Of a stretch of 64,000 nt of DNA, positions 38,073 through 50,360 are shown one piece after another (within the stretch, counting starts at the first letter, position 1; the number at the start of each line of letters is the position of its first letter). The notes beneath the pieces are model-generated. The model saw nothing but the letters and a program-made list of their open reading frames with translations. It was not told the origin of the DNA and did no database searches. The stretch lies in NCBI GenBank assembly GCA_964106915.2, contig OZ066916.1, one strand, 5' to 3'. Origin of the DNA: Podarcis gaigeae (Eukaryota). The position numbers and the translations under genes are program-made.

Positions 38073-38843
38073 CTGAAAAAAAGCACATAGTGAACAAATG
38101 AAGGCTTTAGAAAATCTCTTTTCAATTTCCAGTAAGGTGTATAAACACAATTGGTTGCTATATATACAGAAACATCTTGATTTAACAGGCTGTTACAGAG
38201 GAACCTGTGGCCTCCATATGTTTCTGGATAATCACTCCCATTATTCCTCTTAATTGGCCATGACAGGTGTGGCTGATGGAAACTACAGCCAAACACTTAG
38301 AAACCCACAGGTTCCCCACTCCTAGCCTAAAAGCCTACTGGGGGAGGGGGCAGAGCTGGGGAGAGGATAAAGCTATCATTGGCTAGCCATGAGGGCTATG
38401 CTTTGCATCCACAGCTGGAGGCTATAATGCTTCTGAATAAGTGGAATTGAGAGTATGGAGTGATGTGCTATGCATAAGGGGAGTGTGATTGTTGAGTTGG
38501 GTGTGTGTGGTTTTGTGTACATTGTTACGGTAATTATCACGATTGCATTATAGCGGGCACTTCTGCAATATACATGGGATTCTCTAATGATATTTTGATG
38601 CTGCATTTTTACTTTTTTGCATGATTTCCTTTAATGGTTCTTATTTTACTTACTAGCATTGTTTTGAGATATTTATCCTTGCATAATTATGTTTCACTAA
38701 ATTAGTAGTATCAGTGTCTAGTTCAGAATTAGTACTGTGTTTTCTATATTCAGTTTTAGAGTTTTCTGTTTAAACTTGCATACCATTTCATATTTCATCA
38801 ACCAATATTAAATTAAAAATTCTGCACAGCAAGAGCGACTCAC

Positions 38844-39446
38844 CTTTCTTCCTAATTGCCTCAAGTTCCTGTTCAATTCGTAAGCAGATAGCCCGTGTAA
38901 GCTCAAACGATATCCTTTGAAAAGCGTCAAAATCTTCCACTGTGTACACATGGGTTTCTGTAGGCTCTGAAGCAATTGCTTCCAACTCTGATCGTACTGC
39001 ATCTTTAACACCGACTGCAAATATTTCTACATCTGAATTTCTTAGTCTGTCAGCAGGATCTTTAAAGGCATCTGACGATTTCCCATCAGTAATAAGAATC
39101 ATGACCCTTGGGACATTTGGTCTTGCACCTCTGCTTTGAACAAAGACTTTCTCCCTTACAAAGGTCATTGCTTTGCCTGTGTTTGTAGATCCACCTCTGT
39201 AGGGGAAGGTGTTAATAGCATGAAGTACATCTTCAATTCTAGTGTATCTGTTCAAAGTGAATTCTGTATGAGGATCCCTGCTGTACTGAACAAGGCTGAT
39301 TTGGACTTTGGCTGGTGAAACATCAAAGCTTTTAACCAGCACTTCCAAAAATGCTCGTACTTTAACAAAATTGGCGATGCCAATACTGTAGGAGCCATCA
39401 ACCAGAAGCACAATATCAGCTTTTATATCCACGCCTTCTGAGCATT
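38844..39446 (-). CDS. COL12A1: COL12A1 exon 10, entire vWA2 domain ([21 protein letters not shown]...[11 protein letters not shown])
   Basis: tacacag acceptor, AAG|gtgagt donor, 603 nt; DGSYS, GGSTNTG and TDG motifs. Confidence 0.98.
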
Positions 39447-39942
39447 CTGTGTAAAGGAAAGGGGGAGGGGGGAGAACACTTAGTATTAAATATATATTTA
39501 GCACTTCAGAGTGTTCAAAGCATTACATATCACCATCATGAATTATTCCTATATTTCAGGGGTGGTGATGAGGCAGAGAGACAGCAGCTTGTCTCTTGTG
39601 TTCACAGGGGTGGCAAGATTTGAAGAGAGATTCACATTCTCTTAGCTACTATGCTAACTACATGAGCTCCGATATCACCTACTAAATAGGCAGTCATACA
39701 GCTTTGGGGGGGTGTACACTTTGGGGTAGAGATTCCTGGTATGAATAATAGTCTAGTACATAGGCTTTATTTCCCATGCCATTTCTGCAACAAGTTAGAT
39801 GATGGCAAACAGAAGTTAGATTTCTAATATTCCATGGTGGGGAAGCCGAGAGGCTGAACTGGTCCAGGATCTGCTAAATCCCAAGCCAGCACCACTGCCA
39901 TCAGTTGACAGCATCAGGCCCAACCATATCTTATTAGGCATT

Positions 39943-40187
39943 GAGAGCCAGTGTGGTGTTGTGGTTAAGAGCCATAGACTCGCAATCTGGGGAACCAGGT
40001 TCGCATCTCCACTCCTCCACATGCAGCTGCTGGGTGAACTTGGGCCAGTCACACTTCTTTGAAGTCTCTCAGCCCCACTCACCTCACAGAGTGTTTGTTG
40101 TGGGGGAGGAAGGGAAAGGAGAATGTTAGCCGCTTTGAGACTCCTTCGGATAGTGATAAAGTGGGATATCAAACTCTCTCTCTCTCT
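39943..40187 (+). mobile_element. Squam3-like tRNA-derived SINE
   Basis: gagagccagtgtggtgttgtggttaagagc head with A/B-box-like motifs, body ending gccgctttgagactccttcgg...gatatcaaa and a (CT)n tail; family name from recollection. Confidence 0.8.
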
Positions 40188-40493
40188 GATATCATGTAAA
40201 ATATGTACACAGCAGTAAGTCCTATTGTTGAGTGGAACTTATGCTTAGGTAAGTATGTATAGGATATGAACCTTTGTCCTCCATTTATTTCTCTCTGTGC
40301 ATTTTAGATAAAGTAATAGAAGCCCATTTTTTTGCCTTGCAACAGCAGTCCCCAAAGCTTTTCTAAAATACAGTTAAAAAGAAAAATATGAAATTATATT
40401 TTATGTATTTTACATCAACTATCTTTTCCCAAGAATGCTTTGTTTTTATGCAATTCAAACACGATTCTGCAATCTTAGTAGCCAATAACTTAC

Positions 40494-40784
40494 CCACTTG
40501 AACTTTTACTGCCTGAGTTTTTTCCATAATAGTCACTGCCTCACTGGGAGTCAGTCCTTTCATTGCATACACATTGATTTGGTATTCAGTGTCTGGTGAA
40601 AGGTCTTTTACATTAAAAGCAGTAGTCTGAGGTCCTACACTCAATGAATGTTGCTTGGCACCAGCTATCATTGGAATGAGGTCCACCTTGTAGCCAGTTA
40701 TTTCACTAGGAGATGGATGCCAAGTGATTCTAATGGATCTTGATGAGACTTGCGTAGCTACCAGGTTTGAGGCAGGCTCTATAG
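40494..40784 (-). CDS. COL12A1: COL12A1 exon 9, whole FN3 ([39 protein letters not shown]...[10 protein letters not shown])
   Basis: tttttcag acceptor, gtaagt donor, 291 nt. Confidence 0.96.
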
Positions 40785-40896
40785 CTGAAAAAAAATAAAA
40801 ACAAACATCCAGTTGGATCTCAAGAACAAGGAGACGAAATGCTTGATTATGTACACAAGTAGTCTACTTCTTGTGAAACTTTAAAATGTCCCTTAC

Positions 40897-41070
40897 CTTC
40901 TTCTCCACTGACCAGTTCACCCAATTGTTCATCAACACCTGAGCACACCTGCGAGATTATTTCATTCTGTATATTCACAATGCCATCAAAGTTGGCCACA
41001 TTAAAAACATGAGTCAGTGAGGGCTGAGAGGCAATTAACTTCAGCTCTTTGGCGACCGCAGCTTTGATTC
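40897..41070 (-). CDS. COL12A1: COL12A1 exon 8, end of vWA1 ([30 protein letters not shown]...ELVSGEE)
   Basis: ttttgaag acceptor, AAG|gtaagg donor, 174 nt. Confidence 0.96.
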
Positions 41071-41394
41071 CTTCAAAAGAAGAAAGTAACAATATGTGAA
41101 TATGTTTGCCAGTGATACACCAATGCTCCAGATAGCATTTTACCTACCCAGGCCCCAACATCACCAGCTAATGTTGAGTGTCCCCCACGATATGAGATTC
41201 AGAGGGCCATTTCAGCAGAGAACCCCACTCCTGGTTGTGGGACAACCTCCCTAGAGAGCTTCACATAGTGACTTCTTTTATATCCTTTAATTGGCAGGCA
41301 TACATTTTTCCAAACTATTCCCCAGGTCTTTTAACACAATTTTAATATAATTCCATAATATTTGTACTAATATTGTTGCAGAAATCTGACATAC

Positions 41395-41559
41395 CCAAAG
41401 AAAACACTTCAACTCCTATGCCCTGAAGTTCTCTTGCAGGGATTTCTACTTCATCTTGAGATTTTCCGTCGGTTATGACGATTGCCACTTTAGGAAAGCC
41501 TTTTCTTGCTCCAGCAGATTCAATGAATGTATTCTTAATCAGATAATCTATTGCTTCTC
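41395..41559 (-). CDS. COL12A1: COL12A1 exon 7, vWA1 ([55 protein letters not shown])
   Basis: Manual translation; tttcag acceptor, gtatgt donor, 165 nt. Confidence 0.96.
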
Positions 41560-42582
41560 CTGAAATTTGGAAAAATGGGTTGTGATTTAAAAATCCACAG
41601 ATGTTCCAAGTTTAGATTAAATTCAAAATTTGTAAAATCAAGAAGGCAGCACAATCAATGAAGAAAAATTATAAGCTCTTGAAACTCATCCATGTTTTCA
41701 GCTCTGTGTCCAGCCCAAAATGACAAGGCAAACTGAGTTGATTCTGATGAGGTTTTCATATGTCCACATTGGATTGCACCATTAATGATGCATCTTGAGC
41801 TGGATCAAACTCCCTAAAGCTCTGTGACACTGCATTTTGCTGTAAAATTAAAGCTATCACTGCATTTGTTTTAAAAAACTGACTAGGGAAACACCCTGAA
41901 TGTGGAGGAAGTGTAGGGTGCAGTGCATGGGTAGAGAGGTCACGGGATATTTTCATGTTGAAGGGCAAGTCCTGGTTTTAATCAAAGTGATTATTTCTCC
42001 AGGGCACTCAAACCACAATAATTTGGGGGAGGAGTGTTAGCATCCTTTCTGTTTTCTAACAAAATTTAAAATAAACACTACAATAAAATTGTTTTCATTC
42101 TTCTGTTTTTCTACACTCACAAAAGTGATTTCTATTTTACCCACCTACCAAATGATAATGGGAGAACCACTGCAGCTATCATTATGATAATTCTCAGGCT
42201 TCATCCCCTCAGAAGGGGAAACTATGCCTACCAACTGTCTCTAATTCTGGCAGAAAAAAAGAAAAAATGTAGTTTTTAAAATAACAAAATATATTTTAAG
42301 GGTTCCCTGCATAGAAAAAAACCTGGTTGGGTCTGCCTATCACTTGGCAGATCTATTGCCTGCAATTTTCATCCATCAGTTTCTAGATTCCTCTTATAGT
42401 CAATTGGAGGGAATGTGAGCTTCAGATTTAACAGAACTAATTTGGACCCAAATAACAAGTCAAATCAGAAAAACAATGAGAGCATCCAAAACAGATCAGG
42501 TTGCTTTCCAACATTACTGATACAAGGTGAATTTTGAGAATGGTGCACATCCCTGGTTACTATAATATTTAAAAGTCCATAC

Positions 42583-42846
42583 CTGTCATTGTATTGCCTC
42601 CTTTGTATGGTATTCCTTTTATTGCCTCAATGAGATCTCTCTTTTTGAAATACTGATTTAAGTTGAACTCAGTCCTTGTATCAGAGCTGTACTGAACTAT
42701 TCCAACTCTTGTCTTATCTTCTCCAATATCAAAGGCCGACACAAGGGTAACGATGAAATCCAAGATGTATTTAAAGTTATTTCTGCCCACACTCCAAGAG
42801 CCATCCACAAGAAAAACTAGATCTGTAACAGCACTGAGGGAACATC
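42583..42846 (-). CDS. COL12A1: COL12A1 exon 6, start of vWA1 ([31 protein letters not shown]...YKGGNTMT)
   Basis: atttcag acceptor, CAG|gtatgg donor, 264 nt; DGSWS MIDAS motif. Confidence 0.97.
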
Positions 42847-43183
42847 CTGAAATATAATTTTATCAAAATTAATGACCATTGCCATACACCCACACAAGTA
42901 ATGTAGCATAAGTAATGCACTACAAAGAAATATGAGACAATTTTCATTGACTCCTGCACCACCTCCCACACTGACTAGAAGGGATAGATTTTCAGAGGAA
43001 GAATCCACATATTTCCTCTCCTTCCACAAGCAGGAGACTCCATAAGTGAAACTCCACCCACAGGATCTCTGAATCCAACCTATAATATGTATAAAGCCCC
43101 TTACTATACAGGCAATATATGACTAAAAATAAAATTGTTTGTTGGCACTTCACAGTTAGAATCAGATTCTTGTTCATTTACAG

Positions 43184-43319
43184 CAGGCATCCCCAAACTC
43201 GGCCCTCCAGCTGTTTTAGGACTACAACTCCCATCATCCCTAGCTAACAGGACCAGTGGTCAGGGATGATGAGAACTGTAGTCCCAAAACAGCTGGAGGG
43301 CCGAGTTTGGGGGTGCCTG
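43184..43319. mobile_element. Palindromic hAT-type MITE
   Basis: caggcatccccaaactcggcc fold-back; perfect 8-bp TSD atttacag. Confidence 0.88.
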
Positions 43320-43553
43320 ATTTACAGCAACCGTAATGAAGTCCTCTGTGTGGAATGTTAGTATCCAAAATGCATATGTAAAGACTTAATGGCAAGAGCA
43401 GTAGAACTCTAAGACATCATACACTCTGTGGCAGTTATGGCAGTTGGTACAGTTATGGCAGTTAGTAGGAGCAATCTTAACAGTCAGAGCAGCAGGTATG
43501 AACTGTTCTGCTGCTGTCTGCCTCAGAGTTAGTTAGTCTGTAACAATTTAATC

Positions 43554-43688
43554 CAGTGATGGCCAAATTTGGTCCTCCAGCTGTTTTGGGACTACAATTC
43601 CCATCATCCCTGACCACTGCTCTTGTTAGCTAGGGATGATGGGAGTTGTAGTCCCAAAACAGCTGGGGGCCAAGTTTGGCCATCACTG
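43554..43688. mobile_element. Palindromic hAT-type MITE
   Basis: cagtgatggccaaa...tttggccatcactg; TSD atttaatc/gtttaatc (7/8). Confidence 0.88.
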
Positions 43689-44382
43689 GTTTAATCTATA
43701 TAACATGTTTTAGCCACTTAAGTATCATCCATCTGCATTGTGTATTTTAATCTGCAACTACACTAAGTAACAGTTACGTGTTATTTAAACGTAAATACTC
43801 TTTTTATTTAAAGAGAGTGTCTTGCGTAGTTTTTATAGGAGGGGGGAAAGAGAATTAATTTAAAGGTTCAAATGACCTAGGACTGTCTTCCGCATACTCT
43901 GCAAATGGGAACTAGAGTCTAATTCCCACACTCTGAACCAAAATTTAAATGGTTGGAAAGCTTGAGGAATAAAACAAAGGCTGATAGCTCACCAGGCTAA
44001 ATTCACTTTTGTCCATAAATGGAGAAAGGAAGATCAAAAGAGAAAGGGAAAATGGAGAGTTTAAGAGTTTAAGGAAACAAAAGCTTGCAAAAATAAGTAA
44101 GCAAGCAAGCAAGCAAACCAACAAATAATTAAATGTTTTCCTCCTTAGCTACCAGACCTAGCAGTCAGCACAAGGAGTGATACAGACTAGTGTCTGTAAT
44201 ACAGTGATTGGGACAGGGTGCAACTAAACACTCTTTTCCCTGTCCAGTAGACATACCTATTGAGAAAAGGGAAAGGAAGAATTTGCACAGCTCAATGGGC
44301 AACTGGTGGTGCTGATTTAGAAAGAACTGTCTCACGTTCCTAATGTCATTTTAAGTGATTTTAAATGGGCAAAGTCACTTAC

Positions 44383-44439
44383 TCTGTAACTGAACTTCTT
44401 CGATTTTCTTTTCTGTTGTTACTAAACCACCTGTTTGAA
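44383..44439 (-). CDS. COL12A1: COL12A1 exon 5, 57-nt linker (IQTGGLVTTEKKIEEVQLQ)
   Basis: gttccag acceptor, gtaagt donor, phase 1-1; IQTG start matches the collagen XII linker. Confidence 0.92.
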
Positions 44440-44855
44440 CTGGAACAACAAAATAACACAGGATTAAGAAGTATCCCATATCACTGATAAACTGTCAGAA
44501 TCTAAGGATGTGCTGGGAGAGTATGTAAATAGGGCCAAAAAACATTTGGGCTTCTCCAGTGATTCACATCCCATTATTCTCCTTCAAATTCAGAACAGAT
44601 GGGGGCACATTTACTACAAAAGTCAACATGTGGAGAAAGCCTAGCAAAGTCATAGCAAGGGTGGGTTCAGCCAACATACTGATAACCCCATTTATCTGAT
44701 AACCTCATTGCAAGTGACAGTTTTCTTGCATGCCTTCAGGTTTTTGAAATATTATTTTGGAGGCGGGGGGAATGATGGATGCTTCAGGTGAATGCTGCTC
44801 ATTACATGACAGAAGCATATGGGGACAGGAAACTGTGCCCAAATAATACCAGGGT

Positions 44856-45016
44856 CATAGAACCATAGAACTGTAGAGCTGGAAGGACTCAAGGGGCATC
44901 AAGTCTAACTCCTTGCAATGCAGGTATCTCAGCTAAAGCATCGATGACAGATGGCCATCCAACCTCTGCTTAAAAAGCTCCAAGGAAGGAGAGTCCACTA
45001 CCTCCCAAGGGAGACC
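44856..45016 (-). mobile_element. CR1 LINE 3' end fragment
   Basis: Plus-strand catagaaccatagaactgtagagctggaagg is the reverse complement of the CR1 ATTCTRTG-type tail, followed by a CR1-like body. Confidence 0.75.
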
Positions 45017-45060
45017 TTTGTGACTCTCTGGATAAATCTAAATCAATAATGCGAACTTAC

Positions 45061-45204
45061 TTGTAAGTTGTCCAGAGACAGATATGCTCTCTTCTCTGTC
45101 ATCATATGAACTTATCGTTACAACGTATTCAGTATCAGGTGTAAGATCTGTTAATAAAGTTTGGGTAGCGCTATGTGCTAGGGTAAATTCTCTAGTAGGT
45201 CCAT
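45061..45204 (-). CDS. COL12A1: COL12A1 exon 4, second half of FN3-1 ([48 protein letters not shown])
   Basis: gttgcag acceptor, gtaagt donor, 144 nt. Confidence 0.96.
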
Positions 45205-45684
45205 CTGCAACACAATATATGTAGAACAATAAACACGTCATAGTTGCAAAGTTTCATTCAAAACAATAAAAGAGAGCTTTTACCTATTTAACAATGAAAG
45301 AAATGTAGAAACTTCACGGTCACTTCTTTTCCTGAAATAGGTATAGTAGAATGTCCATAGTACAGTGGCCCAGCAGAAAGTGGCTGAATTGCACTGATAT
45401 CAGAGTGTGGCCATAGGGGCAAAGCTGTCATGGCCCTTCTGCCTACTACCCAGCTACTCTAATGGCAGTTACCCCTGCCACGTTCTATCACATTCAGCAG
45501 GGTTTCCCAAACTGGAGACTGGCGCTGCCACGGTGGGAACATGATCAGGAGGAGGCCTTGCCCAGCGCCTCACAGCTTCAATAGCTGCTGCTCCCCTTTT
45601 CTCATGCTTAGGAGGAGCCTGCCTTTGATGCTGCACTTGGCTAGGTGATTTCGCTAGTGGGGGCTTAGGCTTGTGCTAAGGAAT

Positions 45685-46020
45685 GCGGGTGGCGCTGTGG
45701 GTTAAACCACAGAGCCTAGGACTTGCCGATCAGAAGGTCAGCAATTTGAATCCCCGTGACGGGGTGAGCTCCCATTGCTCGGTCCCTGCTCCTAGCAGTT
45801 CGAAAGCACGTCAAAGTGCAAGTAGATCAATAGGTACTGCTCCAGCAGGAAGGTAAAGGCGTTTCTGTGTGCTGCTCTGGTTCGCCAGAAGCGGCTTAGT
45901 CATGCTGGCCACATGACCCGGAAGCTGTACGCTGGCTCCCTCGGCCAATAAGGCAAGATGAGCGCTGCAACCCCATAGTCAGTCACAACTGGACCTAATG
46001 GTCAGGGGTCCCTTTACCTT
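45685..46020 (+). mobile_element. Sauria SINE
   Basis: gcgggtggcgctgtgggttaaaccacagagcctagg head, cctttacctt tail, 8-bp TSD taaggaat. Confidence 0.92.
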
Positions 46021-46261
46021 TAAGGAATATTAAGAGGGCAGATGATGCCTCCGCCCTCTAGAATTAGTGCACCTGCAAGGAAACCATTCTGAACATGATT
46101 ACCAGGCATCGTTTAGGACAAATTACAGCTGTCCCTGGTATGTATTTTCATATTGTATTTGGACATACCCCCCCCAAAAAAAAATCAGCTAGGAAAAATG
46201 AATGAAATAGAGCAAGACTGCATTATTTGAGGTTTCAGCTTATTAGAACACCAAAACTTAC

Positions 46262-46378
46262 CAGCTTCAGGTGTCACTGTTATCCTGTAACCTTCTATTG
46301 CATCAGATGGTCTTGTCCATGACATTTGAACAGTATGTTCATCTATAATTTTAAAATTCAAGTCTGACGGCGGATTAA
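46262..46378 (-). CDS. COL12A1: COL12A1 exon 3, first half of FN3-1 ([39 protein letters not shown])
   Basis: ttttgcag acceptor, gtaagt donor, 117 nt. Confidence 0.97.
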
Positions 46379-49300
46379 CTGCAAAAGATTTACACCAAGC
46401 AAGAGTGTGTTTAAATGTTGAACAAATGAACATTTTGTTAAATTTTAAAAAAAATGTATATTAAGCAAAGCTTGCTAAGATATGTCTTTGCATAAATTTG
46501 TTTCCAACACATATAAGGATATGCTGTTGGCAAAGGGAGGATACAAGCTGATGGAATATGACAAAACACATCAAAGAGAATACACATTACAGAGGACAGC
46601 ACAGAACATTTGTTTCTTGAATTGCCAAGTCATTCAAGAATGGCCAGCAAAATCAAGCACAATAGAAAACACATTTGGATACATGTACAATGAGTTCACA
46701 GATAATAACCACATATGCAAACATTTCACATAACAATTAAAAGAATGTTTTTAACATGCTGGGTGCAATTCGTAGAAGCATGCCAAATCACAACCTGCTT
46801 ACAACACCATGAGATCACTTGACATTAACACAATAATCCCTTTCAATAAGACATCAAAGAATTTATCGGTCTTTTTAAAAATGGTCTCTGCACATTTGAA
46901 ACTTTTTTTATAAAATAAAAGCTTGGCAGAGAAAAAGAGAAATATGTATTTTGGAATGTGGTAAAGATTTGAGCGGTTCAGAGCTCAGTTTATACCATAC
47001 ACACATATATATGCATATATTTGTTCTTGGAGTTTAACCCCTCAGTTCCAAAAAGCTGCCCGAGTGGCTTATCTTGAATCTGCTTATACATAAAATTGGG
47101 AATGAAGGGGTTAACAAATTAGAAATTATTACCTATCACATTTGAACTATTATGTATAACTTTTTTAAAAAAAACCCACACATTTTCTGTTTACACCACC
47201 TTTGCTATACTATTCCTGAGGTGTAAACTTTTTGTTTATCTTTTATCATGTCCCCTTTGCAGCAGGTGTATCCATACTAAAGAATGGCATTTTAACACAA
47301 AATGCCAGTATGGCGTTTACACAACAATGGTTAATTATGGAAAGACAACATCAAGGTATATTTATAGACATTTATTTACAGAATGTATGGGGGGGACACA
47401 AGGAAAAGGTCATCAGTGATCCAAACGAATGACTGCAAATAAATTTGTGGGAGCTAATGAGACGATGAACGGAACAGTACAGAAAGGAATAGTTTACATA
47501 CGCTATCTTGCAGCATCATGCATGTATGTATATGAAAAGTCAATTTTTTTATTTTGGTTTAGCTTCCCACAATGGACGGAAGCTTCCATGTACAAGGATC
47601 ATTACACAAAGACGTTTCATAGTAATATTTTATAATGATATTCTCGTGGTTAAACTGTTCATGCTGAGTCATGCAGGATTTTACTGATTCACTGTCAGTG
47701 CATGGTAGGTGTTCTATAAATAACTATTTAAACAAGTCTAACAAAGGCAGATGAAATACAGCTGTGCTTTCCTTTAATACCTCAGATTGTTTGGCAAGCA
47801 TTGTGAATGAGCCATATCTTGTGGTTTTCTTGGAAGATGTCCATTTTTACTTAATTTGGCCGTTTAAATTTTAAAAAACCCAACTTACTGAAAAGTGGGC
47901 CTCTGAGCAATCAATGACAAAATGTTAACTACTTCCAGGGAGATAATTCACTCATCACCTATGACACTGCAGTTCCATTGACCACAGAAGCACTTCATCG
48001 GTGTGCATTCCAAATGATTCACAGCTTTAAAAATGCATAACAAAATTTCATACAGTTATATGTGGGGGAGCTTGAGGTCTTGAATAAATACTGAATGTTT
48101 TTTAACGTATGGTCATTTCCAATGAAAATGGGATAATATGGCTTTGTGCTGTTGCTGTAGTAGATATAGTAGTAACTAGAATACATGTTATTTTTCCTAT
48201 TGTCCATACACAGGCAGTGAGATTAGAATATTAATCTGCATGTACAATTGACTCTTCATTCTTTTTAAGCCAGTCACACTTCTGCAGTCAAAACTTAAAG
48301 CATACATTTATATACTGTACCAAAGTCATGCAATAGGTGTTAATAGTAGGATGCACAACAATTTAAAGAATACCATTATAAAATATTGTTTCCATAGCAA
48401 TGGCTCAGGACAAATTTAATGCAAAGGCAGAGACAACTGACCTGAGCATGCTCTTTTTTAAATAATCAGTACATGGGAAAAAAATAGCACCACCAACCTT
48501 GAAGGTAAATTGACCTGAAGCAGCAGAGGTCTTAGGCTGTAACTGCTGAGGGACAGCAGCAGCCCACCTTGATGATATCCAAATGACCGGATTCCAGATA
48601 AACTGAAAAAACTAACTGTGGGGAAAAGTCTTTAACATTTCAAAAGACTGTAATTTGCTTCGTGAAAACTCAGATGTGGCACTTGGCATATATATATATA
48701 GTGTGAACATCACTTTTAACTCTCATATGAGATCATCTGTTTGTAGCAAATTCAACGGCGCAATTATTATTTACTTCCATAGGAGTATGGATCATACATG
48801 AGTTTATTTCGAACTTGATCATACATGAGTTTATTCCAAAGAAATTCAAAGTTCAATAACCAAGCTCAATAGGGCTTACTTGCAAGTGAAGTGCGATGGG
48901 ATTGCAATCTATACTTCTGCTAGATTTGGACAAAGGGCACACTTTTTATATATATATAAAAAAATTACTTCTTGTCAATGAATCTAGAACCTATTGGTTT
49001 CTCACAAAAAGGCAGGCTTGCAGCCTCTGGCTAGGATCCAAAGTACCATGCAACCATTTCTGTGCAACTAAAAGATCTTCTATTTCTCAAACAGCATTCC
49101 CCTATGCATCATACCAAGCCACTTTTGAAACAGAGTGGTGTTTCTAAAGCAGTTTCTGATGTGGCATAGGTAGTCTGCTTCTGTTTCTCAGAAGCCCACT
49201 AGACATGCACAAGCCCTTCATCATGCATAAAGTGATATGTTGGATCCAAACCTGTCTTTTAACTTCACTACTATGGATGACTGAGGAAATCAGACTTCAA

Positions 49301-50034
49301 AATAGTGAAAGTAAGTAATATACTAATAAAATGTAGTCTTCTATGAGCCAATTTAATTACTTTTTTATTACGTTGTGAAGAGTCTTCTGAGTCCTTCCTG
49401 ACGGTGTGATTGTTTCTAGTCAAATAGCTGTACCAGTGTATAAAATACACTGAAAAAAGGAGCCCACAATGCAATCCTCCACGTGTCTACTCTGAAACAA
49501 GTCCCACAGAAATCAAGGAAACTTGTTCCCAGGTTCAGTTCCCTCACAAATTATTCTATACCACTGAAAGTATTGTGGTAAAGCCAAGAACAGGGGTATG
49601 ATTTATATTGTTTTCTGCATATTTCTCTCACAAAAATAAACATAAGCAAAAGTAGTCATTATATTGATCAAGTTCACACAACTATTAGCATTGTAAACAT
49701 ATGCTGACTAGTTAAGATGAGGAACACAAGCCCTTCATGAGGTTGTCTATTCCTCATATTGCTTTGGGTATCAAATGCAATAAAAACTAATCAAAAGACA
49801 GCATTTTTACAGGTGACACTATCTGGCTACTCCCAGTGAATATCTAACGAGATAGGAAAGCAATATTTAAAAGAAGGCTAGACTCAAGCTACCAAGCCAT
49901 GACAGAAATGTATAGTGGACTATGCCCATGTCATGTGTGTATGTGTGTGTTTTTATTTAATATTTAAGGAATAAAGAAGATGTAATTTGCTATATAGCTG
50001 CTAAGTAGTTGCATACTGGCTTACTTCTTAACAT

Positions 50035-50195
50035 GCCCCCAGTAGCGCAATGGGCCCTTGCCTCTGGCTGTTAATCAGAAAGTTGGTGGTTCGAAACCAC
50101 CCAGGGACACCTATAGGCAGTATTCCTGCACTGTAGGGGGTGGGACTAAATGACCATTGGGGGGGGGTCCCAACCAACAATGCAATTCTATAATT
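50035..50195 (+). mobile_element. Diverged tRNA-derived SINE with CR1-like tail
   Basis: B-box ggttcgaaacc; attcctgcactgtagggg...caattctataattc similar to the 20625 copy. Confidence 0.6.
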
Positions 50196-50197
50196 CC

Positions 50198-50360
50198 CCC
50201 AGCAGGTGAGTTGCTGCTACTTACCAGGAGGAAGAGGGGAAGGCATCAAGAAAGGTAATGTACTACCTTGGTGGTTCAGCCAACGCCATCTGCCTTTCCC
50301 CAACCTCACCACCATCTTGCCCCCCCACCCCAGGTAGGCAGCAGCAACTCACCTGCTGGG
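50198..50360. repeat. Inverted repeat, 28-bp arms (26/28 match, outer 21 bp perfect)
   Basis: cccagcaggtgagttgctgctacttacc ... ggtaggcagcagcaactcacctgctggg. Confidence 0.85.

Noticed and set aside
39943-40020. tRNA-like sequences here and at ~3590-3660, 45685, 50080, 54808, 62350
   Set aside because: They are SINE heads running into SINE bodies, without a complete cloverleaf; not tRNA genes.
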